Shown: positions 20,313 through 31,677, numbered from the stretch's first letter. The stretch is 64,000 bases of DNA from Longimicrobiales bacterium (GCA_963664435.2 CAXXKM010000001.1:640001-704000); one strand, 5' to 3'. Numbers and translations: made by a program. Notes: generated by a model not told the origin, from the sequence alone.

Positions 20313-21323
20313 CTAGTTCCAGGAACGTCCCCGCATCCCCTCCACATCCAGGTTGCCGCCGCTCAGCACGCAGACGGTCCGGGTTCCCGGAGGTGCATCC
20401 ACCAGCCCCTGAAGAAGGGCGCCGACCGGAGCGGCGGCGGCCCCCTCGACCACGACCTTGGCCCGGGTCATCAGCCACAGCATCGCGTCGAAGATCTGGG
20501 AATCGGGGAGGGTGACGATCTCGTCGACGAAGCGCGACACCACCGAGCAGGTGTGGTTGCCGACCTTCCTGACGCGGAGTCCGTCGACGAGGCAGTCGAC
20601 CTCGTCGAGGACCACGCTCGCTCCCGCCTCCACGCTTCGCTTCATCCCAGGGGCGCCGGAGGACTCCACGCCGACGATCCGGACCTCCGGCTTGACGGAC
20701 TTTGCCGCCATCGAGACGCCCGAGATGAGGCCGCCGCCCCCGATGGGCACGATCAGGAGTTCGGTTTCCGGGAACTGGTCCATGATCTCGAGCCCGAGGG
20801 TCCCCTGCCCCGCGATCAGCTCCGGGTCATCGAACGGGTGGATGTAGGTGAGGCCCTCGGCCTTGACGAGCTCCAGCGCCTTTTCGTTGGCCTCGTCCCA
20901 GATGCTGCCGTGGAGGACGACGCGGGCCCCGTAGCCCTCGGTGGCCGCGATCTTGGACCGTGTGGCGTTTTCGGCCATGACGACGACCGCACGCACGCCG
21001 TACTGCCGCGCCGCGAGGGCCACGCCCTGGGAGTGGTTCCCCGCCGAGGAACAAATGACGCCGCGGGCGCGCTCCTCCTCGGTCAGCCTCGCGATCTTGT
21101 TGAGCGGTCCGCGCAGCTTGTAGGAGCCGCCCCGCTGGAAGAGTTCGGCCTTCAGGCGCACGTCCAGCCCGCACTCCTCGGTGAGGGATCGGCTGGTCAG
21201 CATGGGCGTGCGGTAGACGTAGGGCGCCACGTTCCTGAACGCGGCCTCGAAATCGGCCCGGTGGAGGGTCAGACCATTGCCGTTGACGGAGGGTCCGGGT
21301 GCCGCGGTGTCGCCATTCTTCAT
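20313..21323 (-). CDS. Threonine/serine ammonia-lyase (short, no regulatory domain)
   Basis: KAELFQRGGSYKLRG, SAGNH, PIGGGGL, SGGN. Confidence 0.92.
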   Translation of the reverse strand: MKNGDTAAPGPSVNGNGLTLHRADFEAAFRNVAPYVYRTPMLTSRSLTEECGLDVRLKAELFQRGGSYKLRGPLNKIARLTEEERARGVICSSAGNHSQGVALAARQYGVRAVVVMAENATRSKIAATEGYGARVVLHGSIWDEANEKALELVKAEGLTYIHPFDDPELIAGQGTLGLEIMDQFPETELLIVPIGGGGLISGVSMAAKSVKPEVRIVGVESSGAPGMKRSVEAGASVVLDEVDCLVDGLRVRKVGNHTCSVVSRFVDEIVTLPDSQIFDAMLWLMTRAKVVVEGAAAAPVGALLQGLVDAPPGTRTVCVLSGGNLDVEGMRGRSWN

Positions 21324-21471
21324 GTTCGCGCCCGGCCAGGGAGGTTGCCGGTCTTGAACTGTGCATGATGCATGGAACGACTCCGGCGTGTTGAGCCACT
21401 GCTCGGTGAGCGGGACGGGGGGCGGCCGCTGGGCGACCCGATGTTGCGTCGGGCCGTCCACAATAGGCATG

Positions 21472-22359
21472 TCACCCGGCCAGCGCCAGCAACCCGATGC
21501 CGGCGAAAACGAGCACGGCTCCGACGGTGCGAACGCGCCCGAACCGCTCTCCCAGAAGGAGCCATCCCGCCAGGGCCCCGAAGACGATGCCCACCTCGCG
21601 CGCGGCGCCGGCGTAGCTGATGGGGGCCATCTGGAAGGCCCGGAGTACCAGCGCATAGGCCACGAACGTCATGACCGCGATCATCGCGATCGGACGAAAG
21701 TGCGTGCGCAGAACCCGAAACACCCGTTTCCCGTCCCGGCTCGCCAGGATGCCCACGAACGCCAGTCCGGAGAGCCCGAATACCAGCACCAGATACGGCA
21801 GCGGGAGCCATTGCCGGACCGCCGCACCATCGAGCGTCGAGTACACGGAGATGAAAAACGCGACCAGCAAGGCCAATCCCGAGCCCCGCGCGTGGGCGCG
21901 CAACTGGCGCCAGCGATGGCCGGCGGGCGTTCGGATGGAGGAAACACGCGACCACAGGGGCGCCCCGCCGAGCACGATCAGCCCGCACAGGATCGTCGCG
22001 ATCCCGAGCACTCCTCCCGGCGACGGGCGCTCGCCCAGAAACAGAACCACCCACAGGGCGAGCATCGCGGGCGCCGTCCCGCGCGCGATCGGATATACGA
22101 GCGAGAAGTCGCCGTCTCCGTACGCCCGCGCCAGGCACCCGTAGTACGCCACGTACACGGCCGCGCTCGCGCCGACGAACGGCCACACACCCGCAGGAGG
22201 GGGCCATGCCGGCACCAGGGTCGGGATGAAGACAACCGCACCGAGCAGCATCGCCCACGCCGCCACAACGACCCGCTCGCTGGAACGCTTGAGGATCAGG
22301 TTCCACGAGGCGTGCAGGAGTCCTGCCGCCAGAACCAGGGCGAGGGCGGTTACGGGCAC
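21472..22359 (-). CDS. EamA/DMT transporter
   Basis: LHASWN, DFSLVYPIARG, ARE, LLGER motifs; about 10 TM. Confidence 0.88.
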   Translation of the reverse strand: MPVTALALVLAAGLLHASWNLILKRSSERVVVAAWAMLLGAVVFIPTLVPAWPPPAGVWPFVGASAAVYVAYYGCLARAYGDGDFSLVYPIARGTAPAMLALWVVLFLGERPSPGGVLGIATILCGLIVLGGAPLWSRVSSIRTPAGHRWRQLRAHARGSGLALLVAFFISVYSTLDGAAVRQWLPLPYLVLVFGLSGLAFVGILASRDGKRVFRVLRTHFRPIAMIAVMTFVAYALVLRAFQMAPISYAGAAREVGIVFGALAGWLLLGERFGRVRTVGAVLVFAGIGLLALAG

Positions 22360-22513
22360 GGCGCGGGTTGCTCCTTCAGGGCCCGGTCAGCGGCGGCTCC
22401 GGGGGTCCCCCGCTACGCGCTTCGGGTCCCACGGGTGCGGCCCGGACCCGTCCGGGCGGCGCGGCCTGGATCGCTTCCGGCGGCGCGGTTTGGGTCCCTC
22501 CCGGCGGGCGGCT

Positions 22514-24055
22514 CTATTGCGTCGCGGGCGCGGGGCGACCCGAGGTCCCGAGGATGAAGTCGTCCAGGGTCTCCTTCCACTGCTGCAGCAGCGACTGCTC
22601 GACGTACATCATGTGACCCGCGGCGAAATCGGCGCGCTCGATGTTGGCCCGCAGCTCCGGGGGCAACCCCATGCGGTCCATGGTCCAGACCGCGGCGAAG
22701 TAGGGGGTCGCGAGATCGTAGATGCCGTTGATGAGCAGAACCTTGAGGCTCGGGTTGCGCTTCATGGCCGTGGCCAGGTCGGGCGCGACGTTGGGCGTTC
22801 CGCCGCCCCGGACGAAGCCTCCTCCGCCGCCCAGCCGTCCCCAATTCCAATTGCGTGTCCCGCCGCTGGGCACGTATTCGCGCTCGCCATCGTAGCCCAG
22901 CTCATCCCGCAGATAGCTGTTGAAGGCCGACGTGTACGCCGAGCTGATCGCGGTGGACTGCGGGTCGTGGGAGGGACGCACGCCGAGCGCGTCGCCGGCC
23001 GGACCGGTGAATCGAGCATCCAGGCGCCCCACGATGCGGCCCTGGTCGCGCAGCAGTTCGGCCTCGAAGGCGGGGGCGGTCACGCGCAGGTCGGACTTGT
23101 CGATGAAGTCGTGGCTCAGGCCCGTGTAGCGGTGCATCCGGTCGATGATGCGGGTGCGGCGGGCCGCGTCGAGGGTTCCGCCCGCCAGCAGCGCGGTGGC
23201 GTACTCCGTGAGCGACCACTCCTCGACTTCGGCCATGAAGGCCTCCAGGTCGGATGGCGTGCCCCCGGGAAGGGCGCCCAGATAGCGGGATGTGACGGCG
23301 TAGGACGGGAGGTTGACGATATAGGGCAGGTCATCCCCCGGCGCGAACTGGATGGTGTTGAACTGGAGCACCGAGGAGACAAGAACGATGCCGTTCAGAT
23401 CGATGTTGGCGCGCTGCAGGTGTCCCGCGAGCACGGCCGCGCGCGTGGTCCCGTAGCTCTCGCCGAGGAGGTAGCGGGGCGAGTTCCAGCGCTCGTACTC
23501 GCTCAGGAAGCGGCGGACGAACTGCGCCAGCGAGCGAGCGTCCTCGTCGATCCCCCAGTAGTAGGAACCGGGCGTGTCGCCCAGCGTGTGGCTGAATCCG
23601 GTGCCGATGGGATCGACCATGACGATGTCGGCGATGTCGAGGATCGTGTAGGCGTTGTCCTCCAGCGGATAGGGCGGCGCGCCCTGGGGGCCGACTTCGG
23701 GCGTGACCACCCGGCGTGGTCCCATGATCCCCATGTGCAGCCAGAAGGACGCCGATCCCGGCCCGCCGTTGTAGGCGAAGACCAGGGGCCGTTCGCCCGA
23801 GGGCGCGCCGTTGCGGCGGAAGTAGGCCGTGTAGAAGAGCTCGCCGGCCGGTTCCCCTTCGTCGTTGGTAAGGGTCGTGCTGGCCACCACGGCGTCGTAC
23901 TGAACCGTCTCGCCTCCCACCACGATCGAGTGGCCGGTTTCCCAGCGGGAGGACTCGGCACCGGGGGCGCCCGGCTGGTTCTCCTGGGCCGCGGCCGGTA
24001 CCGCGGGGAGCAGGAACAGGCACAGCGCCAACGCCAACACGAACGGGTTTCTCAT
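22514..24055 (-). CDS. Secreted S10 serine carboxypeptidase
   Basis: Signal peptide, NGGPGS, GESYG, GHM. Confidence 0.92.
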   Translation of the reverse strand: MRNPFVLALALCLFLLPAVPAAAQENQPGAPGAESSRWETGHSIVVGGETVQYDAVVASTTLTNDEGEPAGELFYTAYFRRNGAPSGERPLVFAYNGGPGSASFWLHMGIMGPRRVVTPEVGPQGAPPYPLEDNAYTILDIADIVMVDPIGTGFSHTLGDTPGSYYWGIDEDARSLAQFVRRFLSEYERWNSPRYLLGESYGTTRAAVLAGHLQRANIDLNGIVLVSSVLQFNTIQFAPGDDLPYIVNLPSYAVTSRYLGALPGGTPSDLEAFMAEVEEWSLTEYATALLAGGTLDAARRTRIIDRMHRYTGLSHDFIDKSDLRVTAPAFEAELLRDQGRIVGRLDARFTGPAGDALGVRPSHDPQSTAISSAYTSAFNSYLRDELGYDGEREYVPSGGTRNWNWGRLGGGGGFVRGGGTPNVAPDLATAMKRNPSLKVLLINGIYDLATPYFAAVWTMDRMGLPPELRANIERADFAAGHMMYVEQSLLQQWKETLDDFILGTSGRPAPATQ

Positions 24056-24240
24056 GATGCCTCTCGTCGGGGATGTCTGGGCTCGGGCAGGTTTCCTCTC
24101 AGGACCGGCTTCCCGTCTAATGTGCGGGGTGGGACAGGCTTGCCAAGTGCACGGTGCCATGACGCCGTCCCAGGCGGGGCGCAATCGACCGCTGCCAGCC
24201 TTCCCATCAACAGCCGGACAGGCGACATCCTGGCCCGAGC

Positions 24241-24807
24241 TCACAGGAATCGCGGCGCCTGGCGCCGATACCGTTCGTACTCCTCGCCGTATTGCTCCTT
24301 CAGCCACACCTCCTCGCTCAGGGGCGCGATGATGAACCACAGGGCCAGCAGCGCATGGGTGATCCAAAGGAGTTGCGAGTTGGCGATGATGCTGAGGCCC
24401 ACGAAAAGGACGGTGTCGCCGACGTATTGCGGATTGCGGGTGAACCGATAGGGGCCGGAGGGAGAAAAGCCGTCTCTCACGCCCGTCGAGTTCTTCCAGC
24501 CGATCGTGGCGATTCCCCAGAACGCCAGCAGGCCGCCCAGCAGCGCCAGCGGGATGCCAAGGAGAAACCGGAGGCCGCCGCCAAGGATCCAGGAGTTCCA
24601 GTCCAGAAACAGCAGGCACGCGTTGAGAGCGAAGGCCACGAGCCAGCCGATCCACGTCAGGGCATATTGCCAGGAGCGGCGTCCCGGCGGGGGCCAGACT
24701 CGGCGATCCGGTCGGACCACGGACCAGACGATGGTGACCAGAAGAAGGAATATGACTATGATGTTGACTATGAATATTATTTGTGTCGATGTATAATATA
24801 TAGTCAT
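24241..24807 (-). CDS. Isoprenylcysteine carboxyl/phospholipid methyltransferase family membrane protein
   Basis: GPYRFTRNPQY, EE..L..QYGEEYERY. Confidence 0.85.
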   Translation of the reverse strand: MTIYYTSTQIIFIVNIIVIFLLLVTIVWSVVRPDRRVWPPPGRRSWQYALTWIGWLVAFALNACLLFLDWNSWILGGGLRFLLGIPLALLGGLLAFWGIATIGWKNSTGVRDGFSPSGPYRFTRNPQYVGDTVLFVGLSIIANSQLLWITHALLALWFIIAPLSEEVWLKEQYGEEYERYRRQAPRFL

Positions 24808-24828
24808 ATCTTTATCACTTCTCGAATA

Positions 24829-26268
24829 TCATGGATTATGATGGCCAGATGCAGGGAACATGGTTTTCTCGAGAAACCGGTTGCGGAACACGCCCTGCGG
24901 ATCGAATCGTGCGCAGGTCGCCCGGAAGGCGGCGAGCCCCGGATAGGCGTCCTCGATCTGCCTCGCCTCAAGCGGATGCCATTTCCCCCAGTGCAGGCGG
25001 GCGCCCAGGGAACGGACCATGGTCGTGGCGAGAAAGCAGGCGACGTTCTGGAAAGGCAGCCGCGGCTCGGCGAAGGTGATGAGGCTGATCGCGTACCAGT
25101 CCCGCTCCTCCATGCCGTGACAGGACGCCATCGAGATCAGCGTGTCGTCGGGACGGACGCGCCGGACGCAGAGGGGATAGTGATGGCTGTAGGAGCCGCG
25201 GATGTTGTCCAGCCCCTCCTGCTTGTCCAGAGCGCGGATACGGCCGTATACGTCGGCCGACACCTCGTAGTCGGCGCTGTCGGCCGCGCGCAGAATCTCG
25301 GCAACATATTCCAGAGCCGGTCTGAGACGGTCGCGCTGCACGAAGATCTCCATCTCCAGATGACGGAAGAGCTCGTGGCGCATGAGCAGCTGCCGGTCGC
25401 TGCGGTCGGTGACACGCCACCTGGGGACGATGCAGGCCGGGAGAAGGTACCGATAGAGGAAGTCCACCAGGCGCCGGCTTCGCAGCAGCGAGGCGGTGAG
25501 CTTGATGCCGAGATGAAGGGCGACATCGATCACGGCCAGCCAGTACGCCCGGTAGAGCATGGCGCCGCCCGACCGGCGGTTGTCCGGGGCCACGCTCCGC
25601 TCGTGCTCCAGGTACGCCCAGGTGTGCGGGATGAGGTAGAACTGCTGCAGGGGCGCGGCCGACTCGCTGTCCAGGATGGCGTTCAGATCCGGGCGCCAGA
25701 CGCATCGTTCGCGAACGTAGTACTGCGGAACGCACTTGAGGGTGACCCCAAGGATTACCCCGAGAGCCCCGACAGAGCATCGGGCCGCCCGCAGAGCTCG
25801 GCCCGAATCGACCGTTCGCACCTCCGCCTCCCCCTCCGCGTTGTAGCAGGCGATGCGCATGGATTCGACGTAATGGGACATCGAGTGCCTTCCCGATCCG
25901 TGCGTCCCCGTGGCGACCGCGCCTGCCACGGTCTGGCGCGCGATCAGGCCAATGGACGGGAGGGTGAGCCCGCGGCGCGCGAGGTGGCCGAGGAGTTCTG
26001 CGATTCGGCATCCCCCACCTACGGAAACGCGGCGGCGATCGGGGTGAAGGTGAATCTGCCGAAGGTGGCGCAGATCCAGCAGCGCATCGGGTGTCTCGAT
26101 GCCTCCGTTCCAGGAATGGCCCGCGCCGATGACGCGAATAGTCCCGGTCCGGTGCTCGTCCAGGATGCGCAACACATCGCTTTCGTCCTGGGGCAGGTAT
26201 CGGTTGCGCGGGCGGAAACGAATGTTTCGGCCGAAGTTCCGTACGCGCGAAGCGCGCCTCGGCGGCAC
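24829..26268 (-). CDS. FAD-linked oxidase (ALO/GULO-like)
   Basis: GAGHSW, ATGTHGSG, HWGK, DPQGVF. Confidence 0.88.
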   Translation of the reverse strand: MPPRRASRVRNFGRNIRFRPRNRYLPQDESDVLRILDEHRTGTIRVIGAGHSWNGGIETPDALLDLRHLRQIHLHPDRRRVSVGGGCRIAELLGHLARRGLTLPSIGLIARQTVAGAVATGTHGSGRHSMSHYVESMRIACYNAEGEAEVRTVDSGRALRAARCSVGALGVILGVTLKCVPQYYVRERCVWRPDLNAILDSESAAPLQQFYLIPHTWAYLEHERSVAPDNRRSGGAMLYRAYWLAVIDVALHLGIKLTASLLRSRRLVDFLYRYLLPACIVPRWRVTDRSDRQLLMRHELFRHLEMEIFVQRDRLRPALEYVAEILRAADSADYEVSADVYGRIRALDKQEGLDNIRGSYSHHYPLCVRRVRPDDTLISMASCHGMEERDWYAISLITFAEPRLPFQNVACFLATTMVRSLGARLHWGKWHPLEARQIEDAYPGLAAFRATCARFDPQGVFRNRFLEKTMFPASGHHNP

Positions 26269-26270
26269 GG

Positions 26271-27068
26271 CTAGGCCCGTCCGGGCCTTCGTGGCAGCGA
26301 AGACAGGAGGGCGCGCGTATACGGGTGTCCCGGTTCGCGGAAGAGCGCCTCCGCCGAGGCCATCTCGACGATCTTCCCTTCATTCATGACCGCGACCCGG
26401 TCGCAAAGGTGCTTGACCATCCTCAGATCGTGGGAGATGAAGAGATAGGTCAGCCCGAACTCTTCCTGAATGCCTGCGAGAAGGTTGACGATCTGGGCCT
26501 GGATGGAGATGTCGAGCGACGAAATGGGCTCATCGCAGATGATCAGTTCCGGCTTCAGGGCGAGGGCGCGCGCGATGCCGACGCGCTGGCGCTGACCGCC
26601 CGAAAACTCGTGCGGCAGGCGTCCGGCGAGCTTCGGATCGAGCCCGACGATGCTCATGAGTTCCGCGACCCGGTCCTGTCGCTGTCCGCGGCTCATGCTC
26701 GTGTGCTCCAGCAGGGGCTCGGCGATGGAGCGGCCGACGCTCAGGCGTGGATTCAGCGACGAATGCGTGTCCTGGAAGATCATCTGCATGCGCGGGCGGA
26801 GTGTTCGAAGTTCCGCTGGGGATACGGCTGCGAGATCGACGCCGTCGAAGACGATGCGCCCCGACGTGGGCTCGGTGAGCCGGAGGATGCTGCGGGCCAC
26901 GGTGGTTTTGCCGCAGCCGCTCTCTCCGACCAGGCCGAGCGTCTCGCCGCGATGCAGCCGGAAGCTGACGCCGTCGACCGCGCGCACCGACCCGGTCCGG
27001 CGCTGCATCATTCCGCGACGCACGGGGAAGTGTTTTGTGAGGCCGGTGACTTCGAGGAGGGGGGTCAT
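26271..27068 (-). CDS. Oligopeptide/dipeptide ABC ATP-binding subunit (OppF/DppF-like)
   Basis: [23 protein letters not shown]. Confidence 0.92.
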   Translation of the reverse strand: MTPLLEVTGLTKHFPVRRGMMQRRTGSVRAVDGVSFRLHRGETLGLVGESGCGKTTVARSILRLTEPTSGRIVFDGVDLAAVSPAELRTLRPRMQMIFQDTHSSLNPRLSVGRSIAEPLLEHTSMSRGQRQDRVAELMSIVGLDPKLAGRLPHEFSGGQRQRVGIARALALKPELIICDEPISSLDISIQAQIVNLLAGIQEEFGLTYLFISHDLRMVKHLCDRVAVMNEGKIVEMASAEALFREPGHPYTRALLSSLPRRPGRA

Positions 27069-28060
27069 CCGGTCCACCAGCAGGCCGCGCGGGCCCCCTT
27101 CCCCGCCGGAAGCAGCGGAGGTCTCTCCCGACGGCAGCGGTCGAAGGCGTGCGGGCAGCGTTCCGTGAACGTGCACCCCTCGGGGAGCTGCGTCATGTCG
27201 GGCGGTTGGCCCGGAATCGCATTCAGGTGCCCCCGACCCTCTTCGTCGAGCGCGGGCAGGGAGCCCAGAAGGCCCTGGGTGTAGGGATGGGCCGGCGCGT
27301 CGAACAGGCGCCGGGCCCGGGCGGTCTCGACGATGGACCCTCCGTACATCACCGCGACCCGGTCCGCCAGGCTCGCCACCACGCTCAGATCGTGGGTGAT
27401 CCAGATCATCGCCATGTCGCGCGTCGCCTGAAGCTCGGACACCAGATCCAGAATCTGCGCCTGGATGGTGGCGTCCAGCGCGGTGGTCGGCTCGTCCGCG
27501 ATGAGGAGGCTGGGCTCGCAGGACAGCGCGATCGCGATCATCACCCGCTGACACATGCCGCCCGAGAACTGGTGCGGATAGTCGTCGAACCGGGAGGCGG
27601 GCCGCGGGATGCCCACCGATGCGAGCAGCTCGATCGCGCGGGCGCGCGCGGCGCGGCGCCCAAGCCGGAGGTGCACCTCCAGGCTCTCGGTCAGCTGACG
27701 GCCGATGGTGAGCACGGGATTGAGGGATGCGCGCGGGTCCTGAAAGATCATCCCGATCTCGGCTCCGCGCACGCGTCTCATTTCTTCATCGTTAAGCCCC
27801 AGCAGGCTCCGGCCCTTGAAGCTCACCTCGTCGGCCCGGACGCGGGTACGTTGGGGGGGCAGCAGGCGGAGCACGGAGAGCATGGTGGCGGTCTTGCCGC
27901 AACCGCTTTCGCCGACCAGGGCAAGCACCTCGCCCCGGCGGACCGAGAAGCTCACGCCGTTGACCGCGTGCACGAGCCCCCGGTCGGAGAAGAACTGCGT
28001 GTGCAGGCCTCGAACGCGGAGCAGAGCGCGGGATGCGTCGCCGGGAGGCTCGGGCGTCAT
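27065..28060 (-). CDS. Oligopeptide/dipeptide ABC ATP-binding subunit (OppD/DppD-like)
   Basis: [21 protein letters not shown], Cys-containing C-terminus. Confidence 0.92.
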   Translation of the reverse strand: MTPEPPGDASRALLRVRGLHTQFFSDRGLVHAVNGVSFSVRRGEVLALVGESGCGKTATMLSVLRLLPPQRTRVRADEVSFKGRSLLGLNDEEMRRVRGAEIGMIFQDPRASLNPVLTIGRQLTESLEVHLRLGRRAARARAIELLASVGIPRPASRFDDYPHQFSGGMCQRVMIAIALSCEPSLLIADEPTTALDATIQAQILDLVSELQATRDMAMIWITHDLSVVASLADRVAVMYGGSIVETARARRLFDAPAHPYTQGLLGSLPALDEEGRGHLNAIPGQPPDMTQLPEGCTFTERCPHAFDRCRRERPPLLPAGKGARAACWWTG

Positions 28061-29160
28061 GAGCCGGTACCCGTGAGTCCCTCCTGGACATCCCGAAGGC
28101 GCACCCACGCTCCGCTTTGCAGCGATTCGATGCAGGCCTGAACCACGAGAAGCGTCTTCAGATGATCGCGGGCCGTGGTCACGGGCTCGGCCTCGCCGCG
28201 AACGGCGACGAGGAACTCGGCCAGCAGCTCGCGCGTGTCGTCGATGAAGGCCGTGCAGGGCGCGAGCGCTTCCGCGACCGGCGTCTCCGCTTCTGCGTCT
28301 CCCTTGAAGTTGCTGCCGCGGAGTCCCAGGCCGCGATCGAAATCGACGCGCACCAGGTCCTCGAACTGCTCGCGCTGAATCAGCGCCCCGTCCTCGAATT
28401 CGGTGCGCCAGCGGAAGTCCATGCGATTCCACGCCGCCGTCCACGTCCCCAGGTAGTTCGCGCGAACTCCGTTCTCGAAGCGGAAGAGCACGGAGACGCA
28501 GCAGTCGTCTTCATAGGTGCTCCACGACGGCCGCCAGGTGTCGCACACCAGCGACTCAACCTCGGCGTCGTAGCAGTAGCGCAGCAGGTCGAAGTGATGG
28601 ATGCTCTGCTCCAGCAGCATCGGATGAGCCATCGTCATCACGTAGTCGCTCAGGTCGTGGCGGTTGCCGTCCCGCTGCCGGTGGTAGGTGAAGTGCCCGT
28701 AGCTGAGGGCGCCCAGTTGGCGACTTCGCGCGTAGTGACGGATCCGCTGTGAGGTCGGCAGGTAGCGGAAGTTCATCCCGACCAGGAGATGGCGGCCGGC
28801 CTCGTCCGCCCTGGCGATGAGGTCGAGGACTTCGTGCATCTCGTCGGAAAGGGGCTTCTCGCAGAGGACGTCGAGGCCCCGTGCGAACGCCTGGCTCACG
28901 AGGGAATGATGGCTGTCCGGCGGGGTGGCGATGACCACCGCGTCGGCCGCGATGTGGGTGAGGGCGGAGGCGAAATCGCGTTCCACCGGGGCGTCCGGTG
29001 CGTGCTTGTCCCGGGCTCGCCGCGCCCGTGCTTCGTCAAGATCCATGATGCCGGCCAACGTCGCGTCCGGGGCTTCGGCGATGACGCGGGCCCATTTGGC
29101 GCCCCGGACGCCCGCGCCTGCGAGGAGGATGCGCGCGTGGTCGCTTCCCGCCGGGCACAT
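28057..29160 (-). CDS. Gfo/Idh/MocA oxidoreductase
   Basis: GAGVRG, CEKP, NFRY, HHFD. Confidence 0.9.
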   Translation of the reverse strand: MCPAGSDHARILLAGAGVRGAKWARVIAEAPDATLAGIMDLDEARARRARDKHAPDAPVERDFASALTHIAADAVVIATPPDSHHSLVSQAFARGLDVLCEKPLSDEMHEVLDLIARADEAGRHLLVGMNFRYLPTSQRIRHYARSRQLGALSYGHFTYHRQRDGNRHDLSDYVMTMAHPMLLEQSIHHFDLLRYCYDAEVESLVCDTWRPSWSTYEDDCCVSVLFRFENGVRANYLGTWTAAWNRMDFRWRTEFEDGALIQREQFEDLVRVDFDRGLGLRGSNFKGDAEAETPVAEALAPCTAFIDDTRELLAEFLVAVRGEAEPVTTARDHLKTLLVVQACIESLQSGAWVRLRDVQEGLTGTGS

Positions 29161-29212
29161 CAGGGCGCCCCGTCCCGCGAGGGGCAGCTGCGCGCCGGGA
29201 ACGAGCCCGGCT

Positions 29213-30385
29213 TCACGATTGCCGCGTCCGTTCGACAAAACGCTTCATCCGCCCCAGGGCTTCTTCCATGGAGGCATAGGGAGACAGCAGGGTGATGCGG
29301 ATGTGCCGGTTGGCGGGATCCGCGAACATGGTTCCGGGAAAGACCATCACCTTCTCCCGGCGCAGCAGCTCAAGGCAGAAGGTCTCCGCGTCGAGCCCCG
29401 TGCTGGAGATGTTGGCGTAGACGTACATCCCGCCGCCCGGCCGGCCATACGAAATGCCCATCTGGTCGAGGCTCCGGAGCACCAGATCGAGCCGGCGCTC
29501 GTACTCGGCCAGCATCGAGGCAACCGCCTCGTCTCCCCCGTCCAGGGCTGCGAGCGCCCCGCGCTGCAGGGCCGGAGGCGTGCAGATGCTCAGGGTGTGC
29601 TTGATCTCCACGGCGGGCTCCATGAACCAGTCGGGCGCGGCCAGGTAGCCGATGCGCCACCCGGTCATCGCGTACGCCTTGGAGAAGCCGTTCACCGTGA
29701 CGGTGCGGTCGAGAAGGTTGCCGAGAGTGCCCAGGCTGACATGCTCCCGCCCGTCGAAGATCAGCTTCTCGTAGATCTCGTCGGAGATGACGAGGAGGTC
29801 GTGCTCCCCGGCCAGTTCCGCGATGCGCGCCAACTCCTCACGCGGCGTGAGGCCGCCGGTGGGATTGTTCGGGTTCGCGATCACGAGGAGCTTCGAGCGC
29901 TCCGTCAGGGCGTTGCGGATGGCGTCGGCCCTGAGCGCGAAGTCATCCTCCTCCAGGGTCGGCACCTCGACCACCCGGCCACCGGCCAGGTTGACCATGT
30001 AGTCGAAGGCGTTGAAGCGCGGCGCCTGGAGCACCACTTCGTCGCCGGGATCGACCAGCGCCAGGATGGAGATGAGGAGCGCTTCCTGGACTCCGTTGGT
30101 GACGATGATCTGCCCGGCCGGATAGTCGAGACCGTTGTCGCGTTTGAGCTTGCCGGAGATAGCCTCGCGCAGTTCGGGGAGACCGGGCGGGGCCGTGTAG
30201 TGGGTATAGCCGTCCGCCAGGGCTTCAGCTCCCGCGGCGACGATGTCCGGTGGCGTGTCGAAGTCGGGGTCGCCCCGGCCGAGCGCGATGATGCCGTCGA
30301 GGCCGGACGACAGCTCGAGCATGCGGGTGCGGAAGCTGGACTTCACACTGACGGCGCGGGCGGCGAGATGGGATCCTGAGACCAT
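29213..30385 (-). CDS. Class I/II PLP aminotransferase
   Basis: THYT..PGL, NPNNPTG, DEIY, NGFSKAYAMTGWRIG. Confidence 0.93.
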   Translation of the reverse strand: MVSGSHLAARAVSVKSSFRTRMLELSSGLDGIIALGRGDPDFDTPPDIVAAGAEALADGYTHYTAPPGLPELREAISGKLKRDNGLDYPAGQIIVTNGVQEALLISILALVDPGDEVVLQAPRFNAFDYMVNLAGGRVVEVPTLEEDDFALRADAIRNALTERSKLLVIANPNNPTGGLTPREELARIAELAGEHDLLVISDEIYEKLIFDGREHVSLGTLGNLLDRTVTVNGFSKAYAMTGWRIGYLAAPDWFMEPAVEIKHTLSICTPPALQRGALAALDGGDEAVASMLAEYERRLDLVLRSLDQMGISYGRPGGGMYVYANISSTGLDAETFCLELLRREKVMVFPGTMFADPANRHIRITLLSPYASMEEALGRMKRFVERTRQS

Positions 30386-31677
30386 CAGACCGCCCCGGCC
30401 GAAACCGGAGGCCGCGCGTACAGGCAGCTCCCGCGCACGAAGGTCATCTGCACGCGCTCCAGGTCGCGGAGGTCGTCGAGCGGGTTGCCGTCCACCACGA
30501 TGACATCGGCTTCCTTGCCTGCCTCCACGGTGCCGATGCGGTCGTCGAGCCGGTTCATGATGGCGGCCTCGCGGGTGGCGCTCATGATGGCGGCGTGATT
30601 GTCGGCCACCACGCCCACCTTGATCATGAACTCCATCTCGGGGACCACCACGCCGTGGCGCACCGCAGGGCTGCCGGCGTCGGTCCCGAACACGATGCGC
30701 ACGCCCGCGCGCGCCGCCCGCAGCAGCCCGTCGTAGCGGCTCTTGTCGGCGACCAGCCGCTGGCGTTCCCTGATCTTCCACTCGGGGATGTTGTACTTGC
30801 GCGCGATCTCGGGTTTTGACTGGAGGAGGACGGGCGAGAAGGTGGTGATGATGGGAACCCCGCGCTCGACCAGCTTGCCGATGGTTCGGTCGGACATGCT
30901 GCCGCCGTGTTCGACCGTGTCGATGCCGAAGTCGACGGCGCGCTCGATACAGGCGTCGAAGGTGGCGTGCGCGGTGATGGGAAGGTTGCTGCGATGGGTC
31001 TCGTCGACGATCGCCTCGAGCTCCTCGTCGGTGAACTCCAGGAGGTCGTGGCACATCATGATCTTGATGAGATCGGCGCCGGCCTTGACCTGTTCCCGCA
31101 CGGCGCGCCGCATCTCGTCGGCGCCGGTGGCTTCCCGGCAGCACCAGTAGGTGTGGCCGCCGGTCTGGACGATCGCCTCCGCGACGATCAGCAGCCGCGG
31201 GCCCGCGAACACCCCCTGCTCCACCGCCTGCTTGGCGAACGCGCCGCTCCGGTTCATCCCCAGGTCGCGCACCAGGGTGATGCCCGCCCGCACGCAGGCC
31301 AGCATGTTGGCGGCCGCCTTGTAGGCGCTGATCTCGGGCGCGTCTCCGAGCGACTGGGCGGCCAGGTCGTGGATCCCGTCCCAGGCCAGGTGGGCGTGGC
31401 TGTTGATCAGCCCGGCGAGGATGGTTCCGCCGGTTTCCACCACCGCCGGTCCTCCGCTCCCGGCTCGGCCGCCTGCCCGGGCGCCACCGCCGCCCACCGC
31501 CCCACCGCCCTCACCGACGGATGTGATCATGCCCCCTTCAAGGGTCACGTGACCGTTTTCGATCACCTCGCGCCCGACCCCGGTGATCACACGGCCCCGC
31601 AGCGTCACCGACGCGGGCTCCCTCGGGGCCAGGTCCTGCAGGACCGGCTGGAACTTCCAAGCTGGTGCTTCGGGCAT
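30385..31677 (-). CDS. Amidohydrolase family protein
   Basis: GLINSHAH, AHA, VEHG, FGTDAG. Confidence 0.9.
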   Translation of the reverse strand: MPEAPAWKFQPVLQDLAPREPASVTLRGRVITGVGREVIENGHVTLEGGMITSVGEGGGAVGGGGARAGGRAGSGGPAVVETGGTILAGLINSHAHLAWDGIHDLAAQSLGDAPEISAYKAAANMLACVRAGITLVRDLGMNRSGAFAKQAVEQGVFAGPRLLIVAEAIVQTGGHTYWCCREATGADEMRRAVREQVKAGADLIKIMMCHDLLEFTDEELEAIVDETHRSNLPITAHATFDACIERAVDFGIDTVEHGGSMSDRTIGKLVERGVPIITTFSPVLLQSKPEIARKYNIPEWKIRERQRLVADKSRYDGLLRAARAGVRIVFGTDAGSPAVRHGVVVPEMEFMIKVGVVADNHAAIMSATREAAIMNRLDDRIGTVEAGKEADVIVVDGNPLDDLRDLERVQMTFVRGSCLYARPPVSAGAV

